Shown here: in pieces, positions 24,576 to 36,363 of the stretch
Position numbering within the stretch: the stretch's first letter is position 1
Layout of the letters: every line of letters begins with the position of its first letter
Assembly: GCF_018350175.1 (NCBI RefSeq)
Contig: NC_058368.1
Span: forward strand, 94,676,001 to 94,740,000
Reading direction: 5' to 3'
From: Felis catus
Lineage: Eukaryota
DNA length: 64,000 nt
Position numbers and translations under genes: made by a program
The notes under the pieces: model-generated
Told to the model about the DNA's origin: nothing
Seen by the model: the letters and a program-made list of their open reading frames with translations, nothing else
The model's database searches: none

Positions 24576-24767
24576 TTTTTCCAAAATTTATTTATTTTTG
24601 AGAGAGAGAGGGTGTGGGGAGGGGCAGAGACAGAGGGAGACAGAGGATCTGAAGCAGGCTCTGTGCTGACAGCAGAGAGCCCAATGTGGGGCTCAAACTC
24701 ATGAACCATGAGATCATGACCTGAGCTGAAGTTGGACATGTAACTGACTGAGCCACCCAGTTGCCCC
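24576..24767 (-). mobile_element. CanSINE nested in L1
   Basis: SINEC body; TSD-like ta(g/a)ctttt(g/t)acatttt. Confidence 0.93.
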
Positions 24768-24896
24768 TAACTTTTTACATTTTAATTATAATGTATGGTG
24801 ATATGGTACTTTTGGGTTCATCTTTTTTGAAACTCTCTGGGCTTCCTTGATCTAGATGTCTGTTTCTGTTGCCAGGTTATGGAAGTTTTCAGCCAT

Positions 24897-25171
24897 TATT
24901 TTATGTTATGTTATGTTATGTTATGTTATGTTATGTTATGTTGTTTTGTTTTTTATTTTTTTAAATTTATTTATCTTTGAGAGAGACAGAGCTAGAGCAT
25001 GAGCGGAAGAGTGGCAGAGAGAGAGGGAGACACAGAATCTGAAGCAGGCTCCAGGCTCCAAGCTGTCAGCACAGAGCCTGACACTGGGCCTGAACCCATG
25101 AACTGTGAGATGTGAGATCGTGACCTGAGCCAAAGTCAGATGCTTAATGGACTGAGCCACCCAGGTGCTCC
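24897..25171 (-). mobile_element. CanSINE nested in L1, with (TTATG)n tail microsatellite
   Basis: SINEC body; (ttatg)n at 24901-24940; TSD-like agtttt..gccattatt. Confidence 0.93.
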
Positions 25172-27124
25172 AGTTTTTGGCCATTATTACTTCAACTAAA
25201 TTTTCTGCCTCTTTTTCTTCCCCTTCTTCTTCTGGGACCCCTAATATATGAATGTTACTCTGCTTGATTTGCAGTGGGTCCTTTAAGCTATCTTCAGTTT
25301 TTCAAATTCATTTTTCTTTGTGCTACAGTTTGGTTGAGTTCTGCTACCCTGTCTACCAGATTACTGATCCTTTCGTCTGCTTCATCTACTCTGCTGTTGC
25401 ATCTCTTTATATTTCTCATCTCATTTATTGTATTCTTCAGCTCTGACTTCTGTTTGATATTTTCTTATATTTTACTTCTCTTTGTTGGAGTTCTCACTGT
25501 GGTCATCCATTCTTGCCCCAATTTTGGTGAGTGTCTTTATGACTATTTGAACCCTCTGGCAGGTAAATGGCTTATCTCTGTTTCTTGAAAATTTTTGTCT
25601 GAAGTTTTATGTTGTTCTTTGGTTTGGAGCATATTCTTTTTTCTAATTTTGCTTGACTTTTTTTTTTTTTTCCTATGTATGGGGTGAAACTGCTACCTCT
25701 CCAAATCTTGAAGAAGGGGTCTTACATAGGAAGTGAGCCTTATCTTTCAACCTTGCCCTAACTCTCTCACCTTAGGCTAAGTGGCCTGATTCATTCTTGA
25801 TAGGTCCAGTTGTTGAGTGTGTGCCAAGATCTGTCATTGTTCCAAAGTAAGGGATTTAAGTCAGCACCTAGTTTTAGGCTGATTAGAAGCCAGACCCTGA
25901 CGCAATTGCTTTTAAAGTATGCAAATATATATAATCTTGTGGGACTGCAGGTGTAATCTCTGCTGGTCTCCAGACCAGGTAATCTGGAAATGTCCTCTAG
26001 GTGACAGTTGCAAAAAACTGGGGCTTTAGATGAACATATGTGCTCCTTTTGAGGAAGTATGGAAGCTGTAGCAAGTTCAAGAAAGAGCACAAAGATGGCA
26101 TTCCCTGTCCTACATTCCCTAAGATCACCTTTGTAGCCTCTAGATGTGTGGCAAACCTGAAATCTGCCCCTCAGGCCGGATAAATAAATAGGCATTTTTC
26201 ATGGGAAGAGTGGGGATGTGATAGCCTGCCTAGAATGGTCTCTGATTGGTACAGTCCCTTGGTGCCCAGGAATATAATCTGTCCTGCCACCAGAGCCAGG
26301 TGATCAAAGAGCATCCCTTGTGTGGACTGCATGCTCCCACTGGCTTTATTGAGTCAGTGAGAGAGTGCAGGGCCAGGGTGTGCCCTCCATCGTTTGTGGG
26401 GCAGCAGTACATAGGGCCACGGTACAGCTATAAGCTTTAGAGTGGGCTGTGCGGGAGTACGAGGCTGGGGTGTGCCCCCAGTGCTATCACGGTAGAGAGA
26501 GAGAGCACAAAAATGGCATCTGCTAGCACCTCCATACCTGGAGAAAGTCCGAACAGGCCCCTGCCCCTCAAGCGGATGCTTTAAGGTTAGCAAATGAACC
26601 TCCCTATATAGTCAAGGTACTTTTCAAACTGCTGCTTTTGTGCTGGTCCCTAAGGTGAGTGAGTCTGTGTGTGAGCCCTGGTTCCCTATAATCCTTTGCG
26701 TCTTCTAGATGTAACCCCATTGGTTTTCAAAGCCAGATGTTTTGGGGGCTCATTTCTCCATTGTAGGTCCCAAGGGTTTGAGTTGCCTAATGTGAGGCAT
26801 GAACCCCTCACTCCTCAGGGAAAAGCTCCAGAATTGTGAGATCCCTGCTGATTTTTGGTCAGCATTTCAGGGGTGGGATTTTTGGCAAGACTCTGTCTCT
26901 GCCTCTCCTACCTGTCTCAGTGTGGCCCTTTTATTGTTTTCTCGTGAAAAACCAGTCAGCTAGTTGAGATTTTTCAGAGAGAATTGTTCCATATGTACTT
27001 GTAGATTTGGTGTGTTTGTGAGAGGAGGTGAGTTTAGGATTATCCTGTGCTGCCATCTTGGACCGCCCCCTCCACGTATATCTTTATTACAAAGAAATTT
27101 ATGAGTTACTTCATTCTTTCACTC

Positions 27125-27335
27125 ATTTATTTTAATGTCTATTTTTGAGAGAGAGAGTGCACATAAGCAGGGGAAAGGCTTATGTGAGAGAGGGAGACAG
27201 AGGATCTGTCCTCTAGGTGACAGTGGGCTCTTTGCTGACAGCAGAGAGCCTGATGCCGGGCTTGAACCCATGAACTGTGAAATCATTACCTGAGCTGAAG
27301 TCGGACACATAACTGACTGAGCCACCCAGACTCCC
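27125..27335 (-). mobile_element. CanSINE carrying a non-consensus internal insertion
   Basis: SINEC body; TSD-like tatg(a/g)gt(t/c)acttcatt; extra sequence within 27207-27224. Confidence 0.92.
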
Positions 27336-28107
27336 TATGGGTCACTTCATTTATATACTCATAATATATAAAGTAGTAAAAAGAAGATTGTGATTCTGGG
27401 CTGTACTGCTTGCTAAGACTCACTTCCATAATTTTGGGGGGAAAATGTTTAGATCTTTCTCAGGAGAGATTTTGTTGTACTGATCAAATAGGGTATTTTA
27501 CACACAGCCCCTTAATAAGCTGTAATGTGCTCTTGGCAAAATAGAACAAACGGTGGTTATAGGTCTGAACCTTGGAATCTGTTTAAAGTCCTTGGAGTGT
27601 AGTAAAGCACACCTAAAGACTTGGAAATGAAGAAAACACTTCACCCTGTGAGAGTTGTCTTGTCCATACACGCAATGAATCATGGCCAAGATAGGAAAAG
27701 TCGCTGTTACAGTCAGTATTTATCTTAGTCAATAGCTTATAGCTTTTCCAATTTATTAACATATGCAAAGGAAGTGTGTGCCCCTCTGAAGTTGCTAAGG
27801 TGGTCTTGTGCTGTTGAAGTCCAAAGAGAGCCTCTGAGACAAGGACCATAATTGGCAGGGCGTAAAGAAAGGAAATTTAACTCACAAAAGTCTGAATGAT
27901 CAGGTTCTCTTGTTGAGGGCATACCTTTGTGAGAAGGATATTTCAAGCCGTGAAAACATCATACCCTTTAAACTTCCCTGGTTTTGCCTCTCGGCTCCAA
28001 GTACAGTTCTATTCAGGAATGCAGGTGACCGTGTTCTATTTTTAGTAATTGTACTTTCTTATCATAAAGTCATAATTTAGCCATTCTTCTAGCTCCTGCA
28101 TCCATAG

Positions 28108-28483
28108 TGTATTATTAGTCTTCTCTGGCTGCCATAACAAAATACTACCAACTGGATGCCTTAAACAACAAACACGTATCCTCACAGTTCAGAAGCTGGG
28201 CAGTTCAGGATCAAGGTGTCAGCACATTGTTGGTGAGGTGAGGGCTCTCTTCCTGGTTTGTAGATGACTGCTTTCCCACTGTGTCCTTGTTTGACTTTCC
28301 TCAGTGTTTGCGCTCAGAGAGAGCAAGTGAGTTGTCTGTTATCTCTTCTTAGAAGGACGCTGATTGTATCATAGTAGCCTCATTGTGTTGTGTTGTGCGT
28401 TGTGGCCTCATTTGACCTTAATTACTTCCTTAGAGGCCCTATTCAAATAACAGCCTCGTGTGAATTTGGGGGAGCACACATTG
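28108..28483 (-). mobile_element. MaLR LTR (MLT1B/C-like)
   Basis: tgtattattagtc...ggctgccataacaaaatac...ttaaacaac...gatcaaggtgtcagca...ccttaattacttcc...tgaatttggggg. Confidence 0.85.
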
Positions 28484-30475
28484 TGTATGTGCCCCTGCCA
28501 GATGCCCCCCGCCCCGGCCCACTTTTTGATCAAATGAGGTCTGGGGGACTTGCATTACCATGAGTATACTGACTGCGATAGCATATTCTCTAAGCTTGTT
28601 CTTTGCTCTTTGGGAGCTATTTTTCATCCCTTCATCTACAGACAGCTCTGTGGACTTGAGTCTGTTTCTCTCTCTAAAATAGTGGTAAGCATTGTTCCAC
28701 AGAGTGGTTACTGGTCATGATTCTTGAAGGGAAAATATTTTAAGAACTGGAAAGTCAGAAGCAAAGAGGAGTTATTTTCATCAAGGCGTTCAGTGTTCCT
28801 TTATTTGCAAAGCTTAACGAGTTGAACCCAAATCGTCTAATTCCAAGTTTAGGATTCTGTGCGTGGCCAGACATGCTCATTTTCCCAGGATTATTGTAAT
28901 TCTGTATGGGCAGGTACTCTGGGGAAAGTCCCACAAAGTTTACTGACACCACCTTGTGCAGTCCACCCAAATACTGTGGTTTGCTCTGTGAATTAGCACG
29001 TCGAAACTCAGCTGCTGGTGGCTGGTGCCCCAAATAAAAGATTTTGCTTTGTGATATGTCTGGAGCTTATAGAAGAATAACCCAAGACTGGAAAATTACT
29101 TCTCTTAGCCCAGCCACTTTGCATATTACATATTGATAAGTTTGAAAATGTTAAGGAAACATCCTGTATTGCCTTACCAACTGGTATTTTTATAGAGAGA
29201 AAAATCTGATTTAAGTTAATATCTAAGGCTCAAGGGAGGTGGGGAGAAAAGGAGAAAAAAGCTTTGGATCATTAGAGGACTGGGAAGGGTATAAATTCTC
29301 CCTCCTTGGAGCTACCAAGGGGTAAGGAGAGGGAGAAAGAGAAAGAAAAAACTCTATGGTGATGCTAATTGTATTCTTTTCCCCCCTCTATACTTGCTAC
29401 CCCAGATTAAGAGGCACCTTTAGTTTTTGATTCCACAAAAGATTTTCCTCAGACTTGGAGCATTTGTTCAGACTAGCTATTGCTGTATGGTATCTATCCT
29501 AGGTAGGAGATATTTAAGGGCTTTTTCTTTACTCCTACAGAATTTTAATCTCCTACCATAAGAAACAGAGCTGAGTTCCCAACTGGAGACAGGAATTTAC
29601 TTAAAGTGTTCTGTTACGAAGCCATCCTGCCACTAGGGTGTCTCCTTCTGTAGCCACAGCCCTGGGCCTGGCTGCAAACCATGGAGCACAGGGCTACCGG
29701 GACCAGTGCCCTGGAGTCCTGACTATGCATGTATGTAGATTGAAGTTAAAAATACTAACTTATGCCACCCATTTGAATACATGAGGTTTTGGGGCTTGAA
29801 CTCTCTGTGCTTTTAACTTTTTGAAAGCGTGTTTAATGTTTCAGTGTTGTTAGGCTTGTAAAACTTTGCGTAATACATAGATGAATTAGTATGAGAAGAC
29901 ATCTTTAATAATTTTATTAATATTATCAAACCTTTGTATTCGGCTCTTGTAAAATTTGTAAGATTTAAATTGCCTAAAATTATGTCCGTACGGCAGTCTT
30001 CGTTAGTGTTTATAATAATGGAGATTATTACATACAACCTTCTGTTTTGTATTCCTGTTTTCTTTTAATATAAAATGAAAATATTTAGGAAATCAGTGAG
30101 TTAAGGTCAAGACAAAGCCATATAATCTTAATTCATCTAACAGCTGTCTCTTGTTCCCTGTTTTTTTTTTTGTCATTTTTAAAGCAGTTTACAAATGGGA
30201 AAAGCTTTGGCATTAAATTTTCTTTCTTAGAAATGAGGAAATTTTTAAGTGATACTTCCTTCAGCAACCATATTTCAATATTATTTCTGTGAGTGTAGTA
30301 ATTTTCAATTTTCCTGTTGTATATACCTTTCAAATGCTACATGAGGCTAGTTAAGGAAGTTAATATCAGAGTAGGAGAATAAATTTTAGAATTTCCTGAC
30401 TTTTTAAATTGTAACTTTTTCCTTTGGTGGGCTGGATCATGCAATTTAATTTATATAGTAAGTATAGATGTATTT

Positions 30476-30649
30476 TTTTTCAATATATGAAATTTATTGT
30501 CAAATTGGTTTCCATACAACACCCAGTGCTCATTCCAAAAGGTGCCCTCCTCAATACTCATCACCCACCCTCCCCTCCCTCCCATCCCCCATCAACCCTC
30601 AGTTTGTTCTCCGTTTTTAAGAGTCTCTTAGGCTTTGGCTGTCTCCCAC
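30476..30649 (-). mobile_element. Young 5'-truncated felid L1 (3' end only)
   Basis: caatatatgaaatttattgtcaaattggtttccatacaacacccagtgctc...; perfect 15-bp TSD agtatagatgtattt at 30461-30475 and 30650-30664. Confidence 0.9.
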
Positions 30650-31020
30650 AGTATAGATGTATTTATATTCAAAGAGGTAGTGGTTATTTTCAGCCATTGC
30701 ACTGTGAATAGCTTTTAAAAAAAGACTAATTTGCATTGTAGATAATGAAGTACTTGGTGTTTGCCCTTCACTTTTGATAGCTTTCAGTTTTCACCTCTCT
30801 GGCTATGACCAGAAGTCATTCCAAAAGTTGCAGTCAGATTTTTTGTAGAGGAGTTACAGTTGAATAATTATCCACCTTCTGTACGTATATTTGTACAAAT
30901 ACCAATAGAATTGTATGTGCTATCTGAAGAAGCCAGTGCAGTGGGTATTTATTTCCTTGTTGAAGTATTTTTCAACTGTTCCTCTTCCCAATAAGGACAG
31001 TCAGATTGCTAGTAAGAGGG

Positions 31021-32060
31021 ATTCATTCACTCATTTATTCATTCAACAAACATGTGTTGAAAGCCTACCATGTGCCAAGCACTTCTAGGTATTGAGGATA
31101 TATTAGCAATCAAAGCAAAGTCCCTGTCCTCTTAGATATTTCATTCCAGTGGGTAGAGAAAGAACATACAGGGATTGGATAAGTGTACACTCTGAGGTAG
31201 TTATAAATGCTATGATGGAAAATCTATGTAGAATAGGGAGATATGGAGTAATAATGGGGTGCTGTTTTGGGTATGGTGGTCAGGGAAGGCCGTGCTCTCT
31301 GATAAGGTAATATCTAACTGGAGACCCATAAGAGGTATGTGTATCTCCAGGAAGAACAATCTAGTAAGTAGGAACAAGTGCAAGTGCAAAGGCCCTGTGA
31401 TGGAAGTGTGCTTGCAGTAAGTATTCCCAGGATAGTAAAATGACTGTGGCAGGGGTAGAATGTGTGGGGGAAAAAGAGTTTCAGTTGTTTGGTGAGGGTA
31501 AAAATAGGGGTCGGAGGACATGGAATCCCGTAATGACTTATATAGGCCCTGGTAAAAACTTTTTCTCTGAGTGGAGGATATGGAGCCAAAGAGAGGCAGG
31601 AATCTGAATGAAAGTCCGCAAGGATCGCTGTGGTAGAGCAGAATGACTGATTGGTAGGTTAGTGCAATAATTCAGTCAAGAGATGATAGTGGTTTATGGG
31701 GCCCCTGGGTGGCTCAGTTGACTGAGCATCCAGCTCTTGATTTTGGCTCAGGTCGTGATCTCATAGTTCCTGGGATTAAGCCCCGGAGCCCAGCTCTGTG
31801 CTGGGTGTGGAGCCTGCTTGAGATTTTCTCCCCCTCTCCCCAGCTCATGGACATGCACACGCTCTCTCTCTCTCTCTCTCTCTCTCTTTAAAAAACAAAA
31901 AACAAAAAAAGGTGATCGTGGTTTAGACCAGAATGAAAGTGCTACAGGAGGTGGAAGGGGGATTCTGGAATACTTAGAAGGTAAAGGTGGTAGGATTTGT
32001 TGGTTAGAGATAATGTGTGAGAGAAAGTGAGTGATTAAGAACGACTCCAGAATTTACCTG
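31021..32060 (-). mobile_element. L2 LINE with nested SINE
   Basis: attcattcactcatttattcattcaacaaac...ctaccatgtgccaagcac; aagtgcaaaggccctg; agatgatagtggttta. Confidence 0.85.
31698..31910 (+). mobile_element. CanSINE
   Basis: Older SINEC; TSD-like g(a/g)tgat(a/c)gtggttta. Confidence 0.9.
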
Positions 32061-32419
32061 GAAAATTTACGTCTCTCTCACTTGCCTCTTGCTACGTTTA
32101 CTATGTTTACAGAAACCTTTTCTTCCTCATTCTGGTGATCCCCCACATTGTAGCCCCTGTGTCTTAATGTTTATCAAAACTAGCAACCTTCCTGTAAGTC
32201 TGTTGATGTGGCCCATCTTAACTTTTCTGTAAGAAAATGTCCAAATTCTGAATGTTCACCAGATCTTTGGAATTCTTTTAAGCCATTTAAAATAGAAGGT
32301 TAACTTCTTTCTTTGAAATAATTGTATTTTATGGCAGATAGGATAAAATAGAGCCTGCTGATTAGAAGCCGTGGGGAACTAGTTTGCTGGGGAGCAAGTC
32401 TCTTTTGCTCTTTCAGCCT

Positions 32420-32657
32420 CTAAGAGCAATGTCTCCTCCCTCAGCATTCTCCTCACGTGGCACCATTCAGAGAGGACTTCTCTCACCACTCCGCTTAAAG
32501 CGCTGCCCCTGGGGTGCCCAGGTGGCTCATTCAGTTAAGCATCCGGCTCTTAATTTCAGCTCAAGACTCTTGGGTTCCAGCTCAGGTCATGATCTCACAG
32601 TTCGCGGGATCAAGCCCCACGTCGGGCTCTGTGCTGACAGCATGGAGCCTGCTTGGG

Positions 32658-32705
<48 letters not shown>

Positions 32706-33006
32706 CCCCCTTCTGTCTGCCTCTTCTCTGCTCACATGTGCGTTCTTTCTCTCTCACTCTCTGTCAAAATAAATAAACTTTAAAAAAAAATAAAGCACTC
32801 CTCCCTTTCTTTCTATCGCCTTACCTTGTTTTGTTTGTCTCTCCTGGATTTATCATCATCTGTCATTGTTGCTTATTTTTGTCTCTGTGTCACCCCACTG
32901 AAATATAAACTCCATAAGGGTAGTGGCATTGCTTTTTCTTCTGTTGTAGTGCCAGAGTCTAACACGGTACTTAACAGTAAGTAACTGCACGTGAATCGAA
33001 TGAATG
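32420..33006 (+). mobile_element. L2 3' fragment
   Basis: ccccactgaaatataaactccataagggtag...gtgccagagtctaacacggtact...gaatgaatg. Confidence 0.7.
32511..32790 (+). mobile_element. CanSINE with a small internal duplication
   Basis: ctctt...tcagctca occurs twice in the head; long (CT)n. Confidence 0.93.
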
Positions 33007-33094
33007 GTTTTAAGCATATGTCCTTATGTGAAAGTATAGCCCGGGATGGCACAGAATTGGTGTTTATTAAGTGGCCGCATGCGAAGAAAAACAG

Positions 33095-33955
33095 ATACCC
33101 TTGTGCATTGGCAGGGAGAATATAAAATGGCACAGCTGCTGTGGAAAATGATATCGCGACGCCTCAAAAAATTAAACATAGAATTACCCTACGGTCCAGC
33201 AGTTCCCCTTCTATGTATGTGTCCAGAAGAAGTGAAAGGAGGAGCACAAACACGTTTGTTCACCCATGTTCATATCAGCATTACTCATGGTAGCTAAAAG
33301 GTGGAAGCAGCCCACATTCTCACTGACAGATGAATGGATAAAAATACAGGAATGCCTAGGTGGCTCAGTCGGTTAAGCGTCCGACTTCGAATCAGGTCAT
33401 GATCTCGTGGTTTGTGGGTTCGAGCCCCGCGTCGGGCTCTGTGCTGACAGCTCGGAGCCTGGAGCCTGCTTCAGATTCTGTGTCTCCCTCTCTCTCTACC
33501 CCTCTTCTGCTTACGCTCTGTCTCTCAAAAATAAATACACGTTAAAATTGTTTTAAAATATGGTAAATATATATAAAATGGGATTTTATTCTGCCTTAAA
33601 AAGGAATGAAATTCTGATATGTGCTACAACATGAAGACGTTTTGCTAACTAAAATAAGCCAGTCACAAAGGACAAATTACTCTATGATGCCACCTATATG
33701 AGGTACCTAGAGTAGCGAAATTCATAGGGACAGAAAGCAGAAGGGTGGTTGCTAGGGATTGGGGGGAGGGGAGAATGGGAAATTAGTGTTCGTGGGTACA
33801 GAGTTTCCGTTGGAGAAGATGAAGAAGTTCTGGAGATGGATGGTGGTGATGGTTACGTAATTATGCGAATGTACTTAATGCCACTTAATGGACACTTCAG
33901 TATGTTTAAGATGGTACCTTTTATGCTATGTCTATTGTACTACAATTTAAAAAAG
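33095..33955 (+). mobile_element. L1MB-type 3' end with nested SINE
   Basis: aaaatggcacagctgctgtggaaaa...cctcaaaaaattaaacatagaattacc...ttctggagatggatggtggtgatggtt...tacaatttaaaa. Confidence 0.88.
33349..33555 (+). mobile_element. CanSINE nested in L1MB
   Basis: Full SINEC. Confidence 0.94.
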
Positions 33956-34396
33956 AAAAATAGAAAAATGGACCTGAAAGCAGGGTAGTCTGAGTTTGAA
34001 TTTCACCTTGACCTTCTCAGTTTTCTGGGCTTTTTCATGGTTCTGCTTTAGGCTTTAACAAACAGAACCTGAAGTATTTACTAACATTCACTGTGTTGGG
34101 ATCTTACCAGTACTCTTGTGAGGACTTTAATTTTGTATTTCCTCATTTCTAGGTACTTAAACCCAATTTTATTGTGGTTCTTTTCTGTAATTTTAAGCAT
34201 GTTTTTATGTATCTCAAATTCTTATTCTAAAGCCTTAAATTCCGTTTCCTGATGGTTAAGTCCTATCAGGTTGTACCCTTAATAGATGGTTTACTTTCAT
34301 TTTCTCATTTTATTATTTCTGAAAAAAAAATTTCCTAGTTATTAGTTCTCATGTTCTTCCTTCCCAAGTAGTAAGTTACTTACTTTTTACTGTTGC

Positions 34397-34476
34397 TGTC
34401 AGAGCTTTCTATGTCTAATCAGGAAACAGAAACCACACAGTGATTTTATTTTAATTTTTTAAATGTTTATTTATTA

Positions 34477-34509
<33 letters not shown>

Positions 34510-35045
34510 TGCACAAGTGGGGGAAGGGCAGAGAGAGAAGGAGACACAGAATCCAAAGCAGGCTCCAGGCTCTGAGCTGTCAGCACAGAGCCCAATGCGG
34601 GTCTCGAACCCATGGGCTGTGAGATCATCACCTGAGATGGAGTCGGACACTTAACCAACAGAGCCACCCAGGTGCCCCAGAAACTACACAGTGATTTAAA
34701 CAGGAGAAGCTTAATATAGAGCTATTAGGCTACAATAGGCGAATAACTGTAAGATGTAAAAGAGAATGGTAATAGACACCCTAGGGCTGGAGGAGAGTGT
34801 TCAAGGAAGGAACACCTCCAAACAGGGGACCCCTATCCAGAGCTGGAGTTCAGACCTTTCTGGAGAAGATGTGATTGTAGCCTCTCGGGCGGTGGAGAAG
34901 TTTGCTGCGTTGCCGGGGCCAGTGTTGGTCCCTGGGCACTAGGCAAGCAGGAAACAACCCTGTGGGGCATAGTCGAGCTGAGGCTGCTGGGTGGTCATGC
35001 TGGGTGCCACTGATTCGGAGCATGGGGCCCGGAGTGCAGGCTACA
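34397..35045. mobile_element. Probable ancient ERV LTR (LTR78/79-like), with nested SINE
   Basis: tgt...aca termini; caggaaacagaaaccacacagtgatttaaacaggagaagcttaatata motif; GC-richer body. Confidence 0.45.
34445..34678 (-). mobile_element. CanSINE
   Basis: Full SINEC; TSD agaaac(c/t)acacagtgattt. Confidence 0.95.
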
Positions 35046-35269
35046 GCAAGGGGGTCAGGGATCGTATGCATAGAGCACTGAGGGAGACAGAGAATCTGAA
35101 AGGGGCTGATGGCATTGGGTGTAGCAGAAAGAAGCTGGCATGTTTGGAATGGTGTGTGAGAAAGGACAGGAGGAGATTCAAGAGAAAGCTTTTTTGTTTT
35201 TTTCCCTCCTCTAATCCTCATGTGTTTAAAATGCATACCAGTAGCGTAAACGCTGCTTCTATTAATATA

Positions 35270-35960
35270 TTCCTCTCAACCTCATTGCTTTAGCTTAGGC
35301 TTTCATCATCCCCATCCCAGGGGGCTACATTAATCTCCCAGTTTGTCTTTCTGCCCTCGGAATCTTTCTCTTTCATCTAGTATTAAAAATAAAGGGGCAC
35401 TTGGGGGGGCTCAGCTGGCTAAGCATCCAACTCTTGATATTGGCTCAGGTAGTGATCTCATGGTTATAGATTGAGCCCCATGTCAGGCTCCATGCTGGGT
35501 GTAGAGCCTGCTTGGGGTTCTCTCTCTTTCTGTCTCTGTCTCTGTCTTTCTGTCCCTCTCCCTCTTTCGCTCCCTCCATCCCTCCCTCTCAAAAAATAAA
35601 AAAAATAAAGATCTGACATGACATTTTGCTACTTAAAATTCTATCATGACCCTCACCTCCACCCCCCACTGCTGAGTAACTCCAAGCTCCTCTGGTGGCA
35701 TACAAGGCCCTCTAGCTTGGACGTCTGCCTTCCACCAGCCACCTGAGACACTTTCTGTATTGAATTTCTCTAAGATCTGCAGACATGATTTTCCTCCCTG
35801 CATATTTTGTCCCCTCTGGTGTCCCTTACTTACCTTGACACCTGGAAAATACCTTCTCGTCCTTTACGTCTTTAATGTCACCTATTCCATTCCTGTTTGC
35901 CCAAGTCTTCCTCAGTGCCAGGTGACCACGTTACTTTCAGCATGTTTCTGTTTGTTGATG
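35270..35960 (+). mobile_element. L2 fragments with nested SINE
   Basis: ggctttcatcatc..., gatctgacatgacattttgctacttaaaatt..., ggcatacaaggccct. Confidence 0.6.
35394..35608 (+). mobile_element. Older CanSINE
   Basis: ggggcacttgggggggctcag...; A tail. Confidence 0.88.
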
Positions 35961-36011
35961 TATGTCTCATCCCACATGGAACTGAGTTGTTGTTGTTGTT
36001 GTTTTACATTA

Positions 36012-36363
36012 TGTCTTAGTCTGTTCCGGCTGCTATAACAAAACTACAGACCGATGGTTTATAAACAGCAGAACTGTATTGCTCGTAGTCTGGAGGCTGA
36101 AGCAAGATTAGGGTGCCAGCACGACGGGGTGAGGGCTGTCTTCTGACTCTCAGACTTCTCATTGCACCCTCACATGGTGGAAAGGGCTAGGGATCTCTCC
36201 GGATCTTCTTTGGTCAAGGCAAAGAAGATGGATGAGGCTTCCATCCTTCTGACTTAAGCACCTTCCAAAGACCCCATCTACTAATACCGTCACATTCAGG
36301 GCTGAGGATTTCAGCATGTGAATTCGGTGGGGGAGGAGGGACACACACTTTCAGGCCATGGCA
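36012..36363 (-). mobile_element. MaLR LTR (MLT1A-like)
   Basis: tgtcttagtctgttccggctgctataacaaaa...ctcacatggtggaaaggg...gatttcagcatgtgaatt...caggccatggca. Confidence 0.85.

Larger units (their letters stand above)
18734..27073 (-). mobile_element. Near-full-length decayed LINE-1 (older carnivore / L1MA-type) with six nested SINEs
   Basis: ORF2 remnants on -: endonuclease (KKVFHANGNQKK...KIDFKTK; FSRIDH...IFSDHNGIKL), Z/RT ([11 protein letters not shown]...KKENYR...NIDAKILHK) and C-terminal (SILPKAIYRFN). 5' end ggagggggcggtcCAAGATGGC (YY1-type) at 27052-27073. 3' UTR and poly-A near 18.9 kb. Degenerate TSD (catatatctctttatt at 18718 / cgtatatctttatt at 27075). Many stops and frameshifts. 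Confidence 0.93.

Noticed and set aside
29628..29646. CTCF-like site gccactagggtgtc (and gcggcaggtggcta near 12294)
   Set aside because: Mismatches at core positions; cannot be supported without a PWM scan or ChIP data.
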